The notes under the pieces were generated by a model. The model was not told the DNA's origin and did not search any database. It worked only from the letters and a program-made list of their open reading frames with translations. The position numbers and the translations under genes are program-made. Of a stretch of DNA of 55,265 nucleotides, positions 30,273 through 38,799 are shown one piece after another. Numbering within the stretch: the stretch's first letter is position 1; the number at the start of each line of letters is the position of its first letter. The DNA comes from Acidobacteriota bacterium (lineage in GTDB: Bacteria; Acidobacteriota; Thermoanaerobaculia; Gp7-AA8): NCBI GenBank assembly GCA_025463165.1, contig JAOBAU010000027.1, positions 1 through 55,265 on the forward strand, in the 5' to 3' direction.

Positions 30273-30948
30273 CGCGCAACGGATGGCGCACGGTTCGCAA
30301 CTTCACCGCGCAGCCGTGACCCGACCGAACGCCTCCCGCCAGATCCCGCTTCCGATCGAACAACCGCTGCGCGTCGTCACCATCGGTGACTCGCTCGCGT
30401 ACGGCACCGGCGACGAAGAGCGAAAGGGAATCGCCGGCCGCCTGCGCAACCCGATGATCGATACAACCAACCTCGGCGTCAGCGGCGCCGAGACCTCCGA
30501 TCTCCTCGCACGCCTCCGGCACGAACGAACGCGCACCGCGCTCAACGATGCCGACGCGATCGTGTTGTCGATCGGCGCCAACGATCTCTTCCGCACGCCC
30601 GGCGCCCGCGAAGAGACGCTGCACGATCCGCTCGCCGTCGCCGAACGGATCCTCGTCCGCGTCGAAGAGGTCGTCGCCCAACTGTACCGCATCAACCCGC
30701 ACGCCCGCATCCTCATCCTCGGCGCCTACAATCCCGTCCCCAATCATCAGTACAAAGCGCTGATCAATCAGTACGTCGGCGCGTGGGATGACGTGCTCGC
30801 CGCACGCTTCGAAAGCAATCCGCTCGTGACCGTCGTGAAGATGTACGACCTCGTCACGCCGCAGCGCCTGAGCCGCTTCGATCACTTCCACCCAGGCGGT
30901 GCCGCGTACGAAGCGGCGGCGAAGCGCATCGAGGCGATACTGCGGTAA
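30265..30948 (+). CDS. SGNH/GDSL hydrolase family protein
   Basis: Block I VTIGDSLAYGTG, block III GANDL, block V DHFHPG. The start may be 30265 or the Met at 30283. Confidence 0.8.
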   Translation: MRDAQRMAHGSQLHRAAVTRPNASRQIPLPIEQPLRVVTIGDSLAYGTGDEERKGIAGRLRNPMIDTTNLGVSGAETSDLLARLRHERTRTALNDADAIVLSIGANDLFRTPGAREETLHDPLAVAERILVRVEEVVAQLYRINPHARILILGAYNPVPNHQYKALINQYVGAWDDVLAARFESNPLVTVVKMYDLVTPQRLSRFDHFHPGGAAYEAAAKRIEAILR

Positions 30949-30952
30949 CGCG

Positions 30953-32053
30953 CTACCGCCGAAAAATCAGACGCACGTCCTGCCCGCCGAACAGCCGCTC
31001 GTTCAACGCATCGACGACGCGTCGCAGCGATGGCGAGTCATCGTCGCTGACCGCGAGCCGGTTGCCCTCCGGGAACGGATGCACGGCCCGCAACTCCTCG
31101 ACAGAGAAGCCATGCTCGCGCGCAAGCAGCGTGAGCGCGGCCGGATGACGCGGCGCGAGATGCGTCGGATCGCGCCAGAACGTCGAGCCGGTCACCGCCA
31201 GCGATTCCGCGTTCGGCGTCTCGATCATCAGCAGCCCGCCCGGCGCGAGCACCCGCGCCGCCTGCGCGAAGAATGCGAACAACAGCTCGACCGGCAGATG
31301 CTCGACGACGTGCATCGCCGCAATGCTGCCGATCGTCCCGTCGACGATCCCGTCGAAACACTCCGGCACGCCGGCGACGATCGCATCAAGTCCGCGCGCG
31401 CGAAGATCGGCGACGGAGCGCTCGTTCGTATCGAAACCGCGCGCCGAAATGCCGGCGTCGCGCGCCGCTTCGAGCAGTTCCCCGCGACCGCACCCGACAT
31501 CGAGCAGCGGCTCGTGGCCGCGCGCCTGGTCAACATATGGACGAATTGCCTCACGCACTTCCGCTTCGCTGCCGCGCATTCCGTCTTCGAGACGGCGATA
31601 GAGAAAGTCGGATGACGTCGTCGATGGCGTCGCGGCAACGATCGGATTGGTCACGTCACGCACGCGCACCGCGACCGTTTCGATCTTCTGATCGAGCGCC
31701 GCGATCAGCGCGTCGTTCCGTCTCGCAGCGATCGGAATCAGCTCGCGGATGCGCGCGAGGTCGGCCGCCAGCGCTTCGTCGGCGCGGCGGACGTCGTCCT
31801 GCACCGTGGCGATGTCCGCTTTCAAATCAGCACGAAGCGCATCGAGCTCGCCGCGCAGATCGCGCACCAGATCGAGCAGCACGAGATTGAAGTCGCGCTG
31901 CCGGTCGAGCTCCGGGCGAATGAGCTTGCGCACGAACGCGGAGAGCGCGCCGCGCAGCCCGCCGCGATCGCGATAACGACGATCCGACTGCCAGACTTCG
32001 CGCCAGCCGTCCGCGCCGTCCGGCGGAGAATCGATGAATCGCTCGTCGCTCAT
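30953..32053 (-). CDS. Class I SAM-dependent methyltransferase with N-terminal coiled-coil region
   Basis: SAM motif LLDVGCGRGELL. I prefer the start at MSDERF (32053), because the alternative start at 32071 would overlap the rplI terminator. Confidence 0.8.
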   Translation of the reverse strand: MSDERFIDSPPDGADGWREVWQSDRRYRDRGGLRGALSAFVRKLIRPELDRQRDFNLVLLDLVRDLRGELDALRADLKADIATVQDDVRRADEALAADLARIRELIPIAARRNDALIAALDQKIETVAVRVRDVTNPIVAATPSTTSSDFLYRRLEDGMRGSEAEVREAIRPYVDQARGHEPLLDVGCGRGELLEAARDAGISARGFDTNERSVADLRARGLDAIVAGVPECFDGIVDGTIGSIAAMHVVEHLPVELLFAFFAQAARVLAPGGLLMIETPNAESLAVTGSTFWRDPTHLAPRHPAALTLLAREHGFSVEELRAVHPFPEGNRLAVSDDDSPSLRRVVDALNERLFGGQDVRLIFRR

Positions 32054-32069
32054 GTGGCCGTGAGCATAC

Positions 32070-32105
32070 AAAAAAACGCGCCGCCCAAACCGCGGGCGGC
32101 GCGTT
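32070..32105 (-). terminator. Rho-independent terminator of the rplI operon
   Basis: On the minus strand: AACGCGCCGCCC-GCGGTTT-GGGCGGCGCGTT (12-bp GC-rich stem) followed by TTTTTGT. It begins 22 nt after the rplI stop. Confidence 0.75.
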
Positions 32106-32126
32106 GCGATGCAATGCGAGGCGTGA

Positions 32127-32669
32127 TTACTCGGCGGCTGCAGCGTCCGCGTCGGCGGCAGGAGCCGCTTCTGCGGGCGCGGGAGCCGGCGCGGGAGCCG
32201 GCGCCGGTGTCGCCACCGACTCGACGCCGATCGGCAGCACTTCCACCTGGATGTGCGCCGTCACGTCCTTGTGCAGACGGACGTCGATCTCGTGCAGACC
32301 GGTGGTCTTGATCGGATGCGCGAGCTCGATGCGGCGCTTGTCGACGTCGACGCCTTTCGCGAGCAGCGCGTCGGCGATGTCGTTCGCGGTCACGGAGCCG
32401 AACAGGTTGCCGTGGTCGCCGGTGCGCTTGTTGATGACGATCTTCATCCCCTTCACGCTGTCGGCAGCCTTCTGTGCAACGGTGCGCTCCTGGTCCGCGA
32501 GCACATCCCACTTCTTGCGCTCCTGCTCCGCCGACTTGAGGTTGCCGGCAGTCGCTTCGCGCGCCAATTTTTTCGGAATGAGGAAGTTCCGCGCGTAGCC
32601 GTCTTTGACCGTGACGACGTCGCCGCGCGAGCCCAATCCTCGGATCTCGTCAATCAGAATGACTTTCAT
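32127..32669 (-). CDS. rplI: 50S ribosomal protein L9 with Pro/Ala-rich C-terminal tail
   Basis: MKVILIDEIRGLGSRGDVVTVKDGYARNFLIP... The tail is ATPAPAPAPAPAPAEAAPAADADAAAAE. Confidence 0.93.
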   Translation of the reverse strand: MKVILIDEIRGLGSRGDVVTVKDGYARNFLIPKKLAREATAGNLKSAEQERKKWDVLADQERTVAQKAADSVKGMKIVINKRTGDHGNLFGSVTANDIADALLAKGVDVDKRRIELAHPIKTTGLHEIDVRLHKDVTAHIQVEVLPIGVESVATPAPAPAPAPAPAEAAPAADADAAAAE

Positions 32670-33684
32670 CGGAGTGATCCTTTCGATTGAAGTGTCGGAA
32701 ATCAAAAAATGAATCGAACAGCCCCGCAACCGTCAGCAGCAGCGGCGACAACCCTGTGAATGCGAGGATCGCCAGCGTGCCGTACGCGAACAGGACGCCG
32801 ATGAAACTGGCGCCGATCGCGGCGAGCAACGCACGGAAAATCGCCAGCCCCTGCATGAAGTAGAGGAAGACGACGACCGCCAGCACGTTCGCGCCGACCT
32901 TCTGCACCATCCCATGCGCGAGCGGCGACAAACCTGCCGCGACGAACGCGACGGCCAGCCACTCAGGCAGCGAGAAGTTGCGGAAGAGGTACGGCGCGGA
33001 CTCCGGCAGCGTGCGCGTCTCGACGAACTGCCGCCACGCCACCACCCGTCCCACCATCACCAGACTGAGGACGAACACGATGACGATGTCCATCAGCAGG
33101 AATGCGGGGAGACAGAAGAGCGCGACGGACGCGAGCGTCTTCGCGAATACAGCCGCCGAACCGGTCGACGGCATCTTCGGATTGTTCGTCAGCATCGCTT
33201 TCGCCATCTCGCCGGCCTGCACCGCGTGCAGGGCGTACGGCGAGAAGTGTGCGAAGAGCTGCATCACGATCTCGGTCAGCGCGAGGCCGCCGACGCTCGC
33301 GATGAGCGCGGCGACGAGCACGCGGCCGAACGAGTCGCGACGCTCGACCATCGGCAATACCAGCAGCGCCGGCACCGCAACGGCCACGACGAGCGCCATG
33401 AAGTAGGCATAGGCCATCTTCACGTCGGCCGCCGAGGAGCCTTGTGGTGCCTGCAGCATGAGCATGCCGGCGATCGGGACGGCCAGAGCGAGCGCGATCC
33501 ATGCCGCGCGCCGTCCGTTGCGGAGTCCGCAATGGATGAGCGCTGCCGGCACGAACACGAACATCGGCGGCAGGAACAGCAGCGCCGTCAAAGCCGCATA
33601 TGCGGCGACGCTGCGGATCGTGCGGCCAGCCGGTTTCCCGGCCGGCATCAGCACCGGCTCGCTCTGAAGGGACGATTCGATCAT
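32650..33684 (-). CDS. DUF2232 (YybS-like) membrane protein
   Basis: Polytopic membrane protein between rpsR and rplI. This is the position yybS occupies in Bacillus. It overlaps the rplI start by 20 nt. Confidence 0.7.
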   Translation of the reverse strand: MIESSLQSEPVLMPAGKPAGRTIRSVAAYAALTALLFLPPMFVFVPAALIHCGLRNGRRAAWIALALAVPIAGMLMLQAPQGSSAADVKMAYAYFMALVVAVAVPALLVLPMVERRDSFGRVLVAALIASVGGLALTEIVMQLFAHFSPYALHAVQAGEMAKAMLTNNPKMPSTGSAAVFAKTLASVALFCLPAFLLMDIVIVFVLSLVMVGRVVAWRQFVETRTLPESAPYLFRNFSLPEWLAVAFVAAGLSPLAHGMVQKVGANVLAVVVFLYFMQGLAIFRALLAAIGASFIGVLFAYGTLAILAFTGLSPLLLTVAGLFDSFFDFRHFNRKDHSDESHSD

Positions 33685-33691
33685 TTCGTCG

Positions 33692-33994
33692 TTAGTCGGT
33701 CGCGAACGGAATCAGCGCCGCGGTACGCGCGCGCTTGATGGCGTTCTGGAGTTTGCGCTGGTGCAGTGCGCAGGTACCCGAAATACGGCGCGGAAGAATC
33801 TTCCCGCGCTCCGGGATGAACTGCTGCAGCATCTTCACGTCTTTGTAGTCGATGTACTCGAGCTTCTCGACGCAGAACTTGCAAACGCGCTTCCGGCGGT
33901 AGAAGAACTTCTTCTTTCCGCCCTGCGGGCCACCCTGCCCGCCGCCCGGGCCACCGCCCGGAGAGCTTCTTCTCGGTCCACCCATCGTTGCCAT
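33692..33994 (-). CDS. rpsR: 30S ribosomal protein S18
   Basis: Start at 33994 preceded by AGGAAGGAG. ...[45 protein letters not shown]... Confidence 0.95.
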   Translation of the reverse strand: MATMGGPRRSSPGGGPGGGQGGPQGGKKKFFYRRKRVCKFCVEKLEYIDYKDVKMLQQFIPERGKILPRRISGTCALHQRKLQNAIKRARTAALIPFATD

Positions 33995-34010
33995 GTTCGA
34001 TCTCCTTCCT

Positions 34011-34511
34011 TTACTCGGCGGCAGGCGTTTCCACGCCCGCACCCTCGTCGACTGCCGGCGCCGCGGGAGCGGCTTCCGGAGCGGCCATCGGCACAGCAGG
34101 AGCTGACGCGGACGACACAGACGCACCCATCGACGGCGACGGCGATGAAGTGCCGAAACCAGGCGCGGCCGGACGGACGCGTTCCTTCTTCGGGTTCTTC
34201 TTCGCCAGCTTGTCCGCCCGCTTGTGGTCCTCATCCGTGCGCACGATCATGTGGCGCAGGATGCGGTCGGAGTTCTTCATCCGGCGATCGAGCTCGGACA
34301 GCGAGCTGTCGCTCTCGAAGACGAAGAGGTGGTAGTGACCTTCGTTGAACTTGTGGATGGGGTAAGCGAGACGACGACGGCCCCACGCTTCTTCGTTTTT
34401 GAGCGTGGCTCCGGTCTTTTCAGCAACGCCTTTGAAATCAGTGATCAAGGTCGTTGCTTCCTCCTCCGCGACTTGCGGAGAAAGGATGAACAGGACTTCA
34501 TAAGTCCTCAT
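34011..34511 (-). CDS. rpsF: 30S ribosomal protein S6 with extended low-complexity C-terminus
   Basis: Start at 34511 preceded by [19 protein letters not shown]...[13 protein letters not shown]... No ssb/priB lies between rpsF and rpsR. Confidence 0.93.
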   Translation of the reverse strand: MRTYEVLFILSPQVAEEEATTLITDFKGVAEKTGATLKNEEAWGRRRLAYPIHKFNEGHYHLFVFESDSSLSELDRRMKNSDRILRHMIVRTDEDHKRADKLAKKNPKKERVRPAAPGFGTSSPSPSMGASVSSASAPAVPMAAPEAAPAAPAVDEGAGVETPAAE

Positions 34512-34641
34512 AGATCCTCCTTCTGGCCTGAACGGGACCCCGCACAAGCGGTGGTCCAAGGGGGGCGCAGATTGTCAAAAGAATGGTCCCGGCACCAGAG
34601 CCGGGCGCGCGAGTATAGGGGAAGGTGGAGGAAGGGGCAAA

Positions 34642-35292
34642 TTATTTCGGGGCGTGCCACTCACGGACGCGTCGCGCAGCGTATCCGACAAGCATCGCGA
34701 CACTTCCGAAAACCGCAATCGTAAGGTCCATGTACAAACCGACGAGCCTGGTCCATCCCGAATAGGACAACTCACCGCGGTTGTCGGCGGTCGGCACGTA
34801 CCCGCCAAACGCCCGGAAGACGGCCGACGGGATCACGGCCGCGTGTGAAGCCACCGCATACACACGCGACGGCAGAATTCCTGCCGGAAGTACCATCATC
34901 ACTCCGCAGATTGCGCCCGCGATGGCACCGCCGCAGAGCCACCGCCGGCTGGAAACGGGCAGGCGCGCAATCCCGCTGATGACAACCTGAATCACGGGCG
35001 CCGTCAGCGCGCAATGAACGACACTCAGCCACGCCATGCGCGCCCAACTGGCCGCCGGCAGGACGAAGATGACGATTGGCGGAGGAACGTACATCACGTC
35101 GAAGGGAGCGAGAACGGCTCTGAGAAGCACACTCGCCGGTGCAACCACCGCCCAGAAGAGATAAGAAAGAATCGCCACTACGAGAGCGGATCCGAACGAG
35201 CGAGGCGCCGCCAGGCCCGTCACCCACGCGGCGATAAAAAGAAACGCCGACAGGACGATCGCGAGCGTAAACCGAGCGTTGAATTTTCGCAC
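34642..35292 (-). CDS. Polytopic membrane protein, unknown function
   Basis: About 6 hydrophobic segments. The GTG at 35292 lies 1 nt after the stop of the upstream HExxH ORF, which suggests translational coupling. The listed longer ORF (to 35361) overlaps that gene. Confidence 0.55.
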   Translation of the reverse strand: MRKFNARFTLAIVLSAFLFIAAWVTGLAAPRSFGSALVVAILSYLFWAVVAPASVLLRAVLAPFDVMYVPPPIVIFVLPAASWARMAWLSVVHCALTAPVIQVVISGIARLPVSSRRWLCGGAIAGAICGVMMVLPAGILPSRVYAVASHAAVIPSAVFRAFGGYVPTADNRGELSYSGWTRLVGLYMDLTIAVFGSVAMLVGYAARRVREWHAPK

Positions 35293-35293
35293 G

Positions 35294-35602
35294 TCAATCC
35301 GGCGTCGGAGCGTGAGTGTTTCGTGCGCGATAAACGAGATGCGCCGCTCGGGCGGCAACACGATTCCTGCCGAAATGCGTCTCAGCCTGCTTTATGTAGG
35401 CCGCCCGCGCTTTGTTCTCTGCATGAACTGCCTGCTCGTTCGTTCCGTAGCCGAGAAGGTTCGCCTGCATCTTGCCCTGCGCGCCCATCGACTCGATACC
35501 AGGGGCGTGCCCGAACTCATGTTGAATGGCACTGTCGAGGTTCTCGTAAATCGAGGGCGCCGGCTTCCCGTCGGCGAACTGATCGTTCATGAACCGGAAC
35601 AA
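35294..35602 (-). CDS. Small HExxH-motif protein (possible mini metallopeptidase or toxin-like domain)
   Basis: About 100 aa with SAIQHEFGHAPG. Start is TTG at 35602 or ATG at 35590. I recognise no family, and coding status is uncertain. Confidence 0.4.
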   Translation of the reverse strand: MFRFMNDQFADGKPAPSIYENLDSAIQHEFGHAPGIESMGAQGKMQANLLGYGTNEQAVHAENKARAAYIKQAETHFGRNRVAARAAHLVYRARNTHAPTPD

Positions 35603-35638
35603 TCGCAGCGGCGAGACGCCGTCGGCTACTCACCGTCA

Positions 35639-35788
35639 TCAAAAGAGCGCGTAGATGAATGGAGCGATCGCAGACTGCGTCACCAGCAGCAGCGCGTCGA
35701 CGAGCGGCAACATGATGATGATCGGCGCCAGCCAGAGCTCCTTCCGCTCGCGCGCCAGCTGCCACACGTCTTTCAGAAGCTCGAACAT
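35639..35788 (-). CDS. DUF5989-like 49-aa membrane micro-protein (not in the ORF track)
   Basis: My own translation is MFELLKDVWQLARERKELWLAPIIIMLPLVDALLLVTQSAIAPFIYALF*. It matches my recollection of the DUF5989 pattern (..FWL.PI....L......S..APFIY.LF). That family normally follows carbamoyltransferase/SxtJ genes. Confidence 0.7.
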   Translation of the reverse strand: MFELLKDVWQLARERKELWLAPIIIMLPLVDALLLVTQSAIAPFIYALF

Positions 35789-35815
35789 GTGATGACCTAA
35801 TAGTACTCTGACGGC

Positions 35816-36688
35816 ATGCCTCGTCCACGAGTGGTTTTCCCTGGCGCCGGCGGTCCGTTCTCGTGCCTCGTGCTCGAGCGCCTGACCGGTGTTGCAGACG
35901 TCGTGGCTGTGGTTGTACCGCGAGGCCGCGGCCGTGGACTACGGCAAGTTGTCGCGACGCTGCGACAGCGATACGCGACGCGAGCATTGCACCGGATCGC
36001 TGCTCGCCATCGCATTCCCGTTGTGGTGTTTGGAACTGACCTGCATCGCTTCAACGCGGATCTCCTCTGCACCGCCTCGTTTCCCCACATCATCCCCGCC
36101 GAGACACGTACTTCGGTCCGAGTCGGCGCGATCAACGTTCACTCGTCGCTGCTGCCGCGACATCGCGGACCTGATCCGATCTTCTGGACGTATTTCGATG
36201 ATGATCGAATCACCGGCGTCACGGTGCACTGGATGACTGATGGCGTCGACGACGGCGACGTGATCGTGCAACGGGAGGTCAATATCCCGCGCGGAATGCC
36301 GGGGCTCGATCTGTACCTTCGCCTCGCGAACGAAGCAGCGGAAGCGATGGCGACGGCAGTCTCGGCGATCGGCAACGGTTCGCCGAGCCGTACGCCGCAA
36401 GGCGACGGCACGCCGGATCCTCATCCGATGCAAATGACCTGGCGCATCGACTATCACTCGTGGCCGGCGGAGCGCCTTTACCACTTCCTCGCCGGGTACT
36501 CGTTTCGAAAAAACGCGCGCCTCGCCGACGCGAACGGCACCATTCACAATATCGGCGAGGTGCTGCGCGTCGAAGAGAGTGCAAATGGAGTGACGCCTGG
36601 CACATTCGAGTTCAGGCGTAATGAGCTGATGATTTACGTGGGCGACGGCGCGGTAGTCGTACGACAACGTCGCTCGTGGCGAACGTGA
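35816..36688 (+). CDS. Formyltransferase family protein (Fmt/ArnA N-domain-like)
   Basis: Motif NVHSSLLPRHRGPDPIFW and GVTVHWMTDGVDDGDV. It has a C-terminal beta-barrel-like extension. Confidence 0.8.
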   Translation: MPRPRVVFPGAGGPFSCLVLERLTGVADVVAVVVPRGRGRGLRQVVATLRQRYATRALHRIAARHRIPVVVFGTDLHRFNADLLCTASFPHIIPAETRTSVRVGAINVHSSLLPRHRGPDPIFWTYFDDDRITGVTVHWMTDGVDDGDVIVQREVNIPRGMPGLDLYLRLANEAAEAMATAVSAIGNGSPSRTPQGDGTPDPHPMQMTWRIDYHSWPAERLYHFLAGYSFRKNARLADANGTIHNIGEVLRVEESANGVTPGTFEFRRNELMIYVGDGAVVVRQRRSWRT

Positions 36689-36719
36689 CGGTGCGCTACC
36701 ATTCGAACTTCCCTCCTTC

Positions 36720-38737
36720 ATGACGACGATCATCGGCATCTCCGCCTATTATCACGACAGCGCCGCGGCGGTTGTTCGGGACGGCGAGATCGTCGCGGCC
36801 GCACAGGAAGAACGATTTTCCCAAAAACCACGACGCCCGCTTTCCGCACAACGCGACGAAGTATTGCCTGCGCGCCGCGGGGACAACGCTCGGTCAATGG
36901 TTCGTCGGGCTGCCGTGCCGGGCTGCCGTGCCGGACCGCCGAACATGGCGGCGAACCGTTTGCCCGTCATCTGCAGTCCCGTTTCGAATTCGAAATACGA
37001 CATATCGAGCTTGAACGAGCCGTCTTGTTTCAGGTCGATGAGGCGATCGAGGATGACGCCGGCGTATTTTGGGCGGCCGTAAGGTGCAAGACCCATCAGC
37101 TTATATTCGCCGGAATTGACTCTGAAGCCGGTGTAATACGTGAACGCTGAATAGAGCAGACCGAGCGAGTGGGGGAAATTAATTTGCCAGAGTGGCCGGA
37201 GGTCAGGGCCGTCGCCGATCCACGCCGATGTTGTCGCCCACTCCCCGACTCCATCGAGACAGAGAACGGCAGCGCTTTGAAACGGGCTCGGGTAAAACGC
37301 AGAGGCCGCATGGGATGATGCTCGGCAAACAACAGGAGAGGTATACGAGACTTGTGGCCGCCAGCCACAGCGGCGAGCTCTCTCCGCAGGAGCTTCTTCA
37401 GGTACAACTTTTCTCGCAACCAGACCGGCATTGCCTTTACGAACGACGATAAGCCCCGAGGCGCACGAGGAGATCGACCGCGTTGTTTTTTACGATAAAC
37501 CGCTGCTCAAATTCGAGCGTCTGCTCGAGACATACCTTCTGCGCATGGACGTTGCGGCGTCAATTCAACAGGTGACGGAAGAAATCGTATTGCGCCTCGC
37601 GCGCACGCTTCGGCGAGAGACCGGCGCCGAGAGTCTTTGTCTCGCCGGTGGCGTCGCGCTCAATTGCGTCGCGAACGGACGATTACTGCGCGAAAGCGGA
37701 TTCCGGCGGATCTGGATTCAACCGGCCGCGGGAGATGCGGGAGGCGCGATCGGTGCGGCGCTGGCGGCGTGGCATCAGTATTTGACGGCGCGCGTCAATT
37801 GACTGAAGGTGACGCCATGCGAGGTGCATACCTCGGTCCGAGTTACACGAACGATGAATCCCGGCTGGCGCTCGTGCCGTTCAACGCGCGCTGCGAGCAA
37901 CTCCCCGATGACGAGCTTCTACCGCGCGTCGCGGCGCTTCTTGCCGCAGGACACATCGTTGGCTGGTTCAGCGGCCGCATGGAATTCGGACCTCGTGCAC
38001 TGGGCGCGCGTTCAATTCCTGGAGACCCGCGCAATCCAGGCATGCAGTCGACGATGAACCTCAGGATCAAATTTCGCGAATCATTCCGGCCGTTCGCGCC
38101 GGCCATTCCTGTGGAACGGCTGGCGGACTACTTTGATATCGACTGCGACACGCCGTACATGCTCCTGGTCGCACAGGTGCAGGAGCGCCTGCGAACGCCG
38201 ATGTCGACCGAAAAACAGCAGCTCTTTGGAATTGAGAAACTTCGCGTCGTGCGCTCGTCGATTCCGGCTGTTACTCACGTCGATTACTCCGCTCGAATTC
38301 AAAGCGTCCACCATGAGACCAATCCCCGCTTTCACGCCTTGCTGAGCGAGTTCGAACGCCAGACCGCGTGTCCTGTACTCGTCAACACATCTTTTAACGT
38401 GCGGGGCGAACCGGTCGTCTGCAGTCCCGAAGATGCTTACGCCTGTTTCATGAGCACGGCGATGGACTTCCTCGTGATCGAGAACCTCTTGTTCGACCGA
38501 ACACTGCAGCCGCCACGGAGTTTGCGCGGCTTTCATCCTTTAGCCAGGCGGGTTGGCGACCGCGTCGCGGCGATTCAGTCGTTCGTGGTTCTGACGATCG
38601 TCTACTTCGTAGTGATCGTGCCACTCGGTCTCCTCCTCCAACTCTCGCAGAGGCTGCGCCGAGGACGACGGAGCGTTGCGACATATCGCGTGCCGGCGGT
38701 GGCACGACCAAAGTCGAGTTTCGAAAAGCCGTTCTGA
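36720..38737 (+). pseudogene. NodU/CmcH-type carbamoyltransferase, scrambled and frameshifted, with a C-terminal SxtJ-like membrane tail fused in frame
   Basis: The N-terminus MTTIIGISAYYHDSAAAVVRDGEIVAAAQEERFS is on the plus strand. The middle (APRGLSSFVKAMPVWLREKL...EHH/HAASAFYPSPF...GEYKLMGLAPYGRPKY...FGGPARQP) is encoded on the MINUS strand of about 36888-37466. EEIDRVVFYDKPLLKFERLLETYLL and MDVAASIQQVTEE...NTSFNVRGEPVV follow on the plus strand. Several frame breaks are present. Confidence 0.85.
36907..36932. repeat. 13-bp perfect tandem duplication (GGGCTGCCGTGCC x2) inside the carbamoyltransferase remnant
   Basis: Read directly from the sequence. Removing one copy restores FGGPARQPDEPLTER on the minus strand. 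Confidence 0.9.
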
Positions 38738-38799
38738 TCGACCTGCGAACCGATCGTGCGTCCGTCGGTCGCGATAGAATCGCATGCGCGATCCACGAC

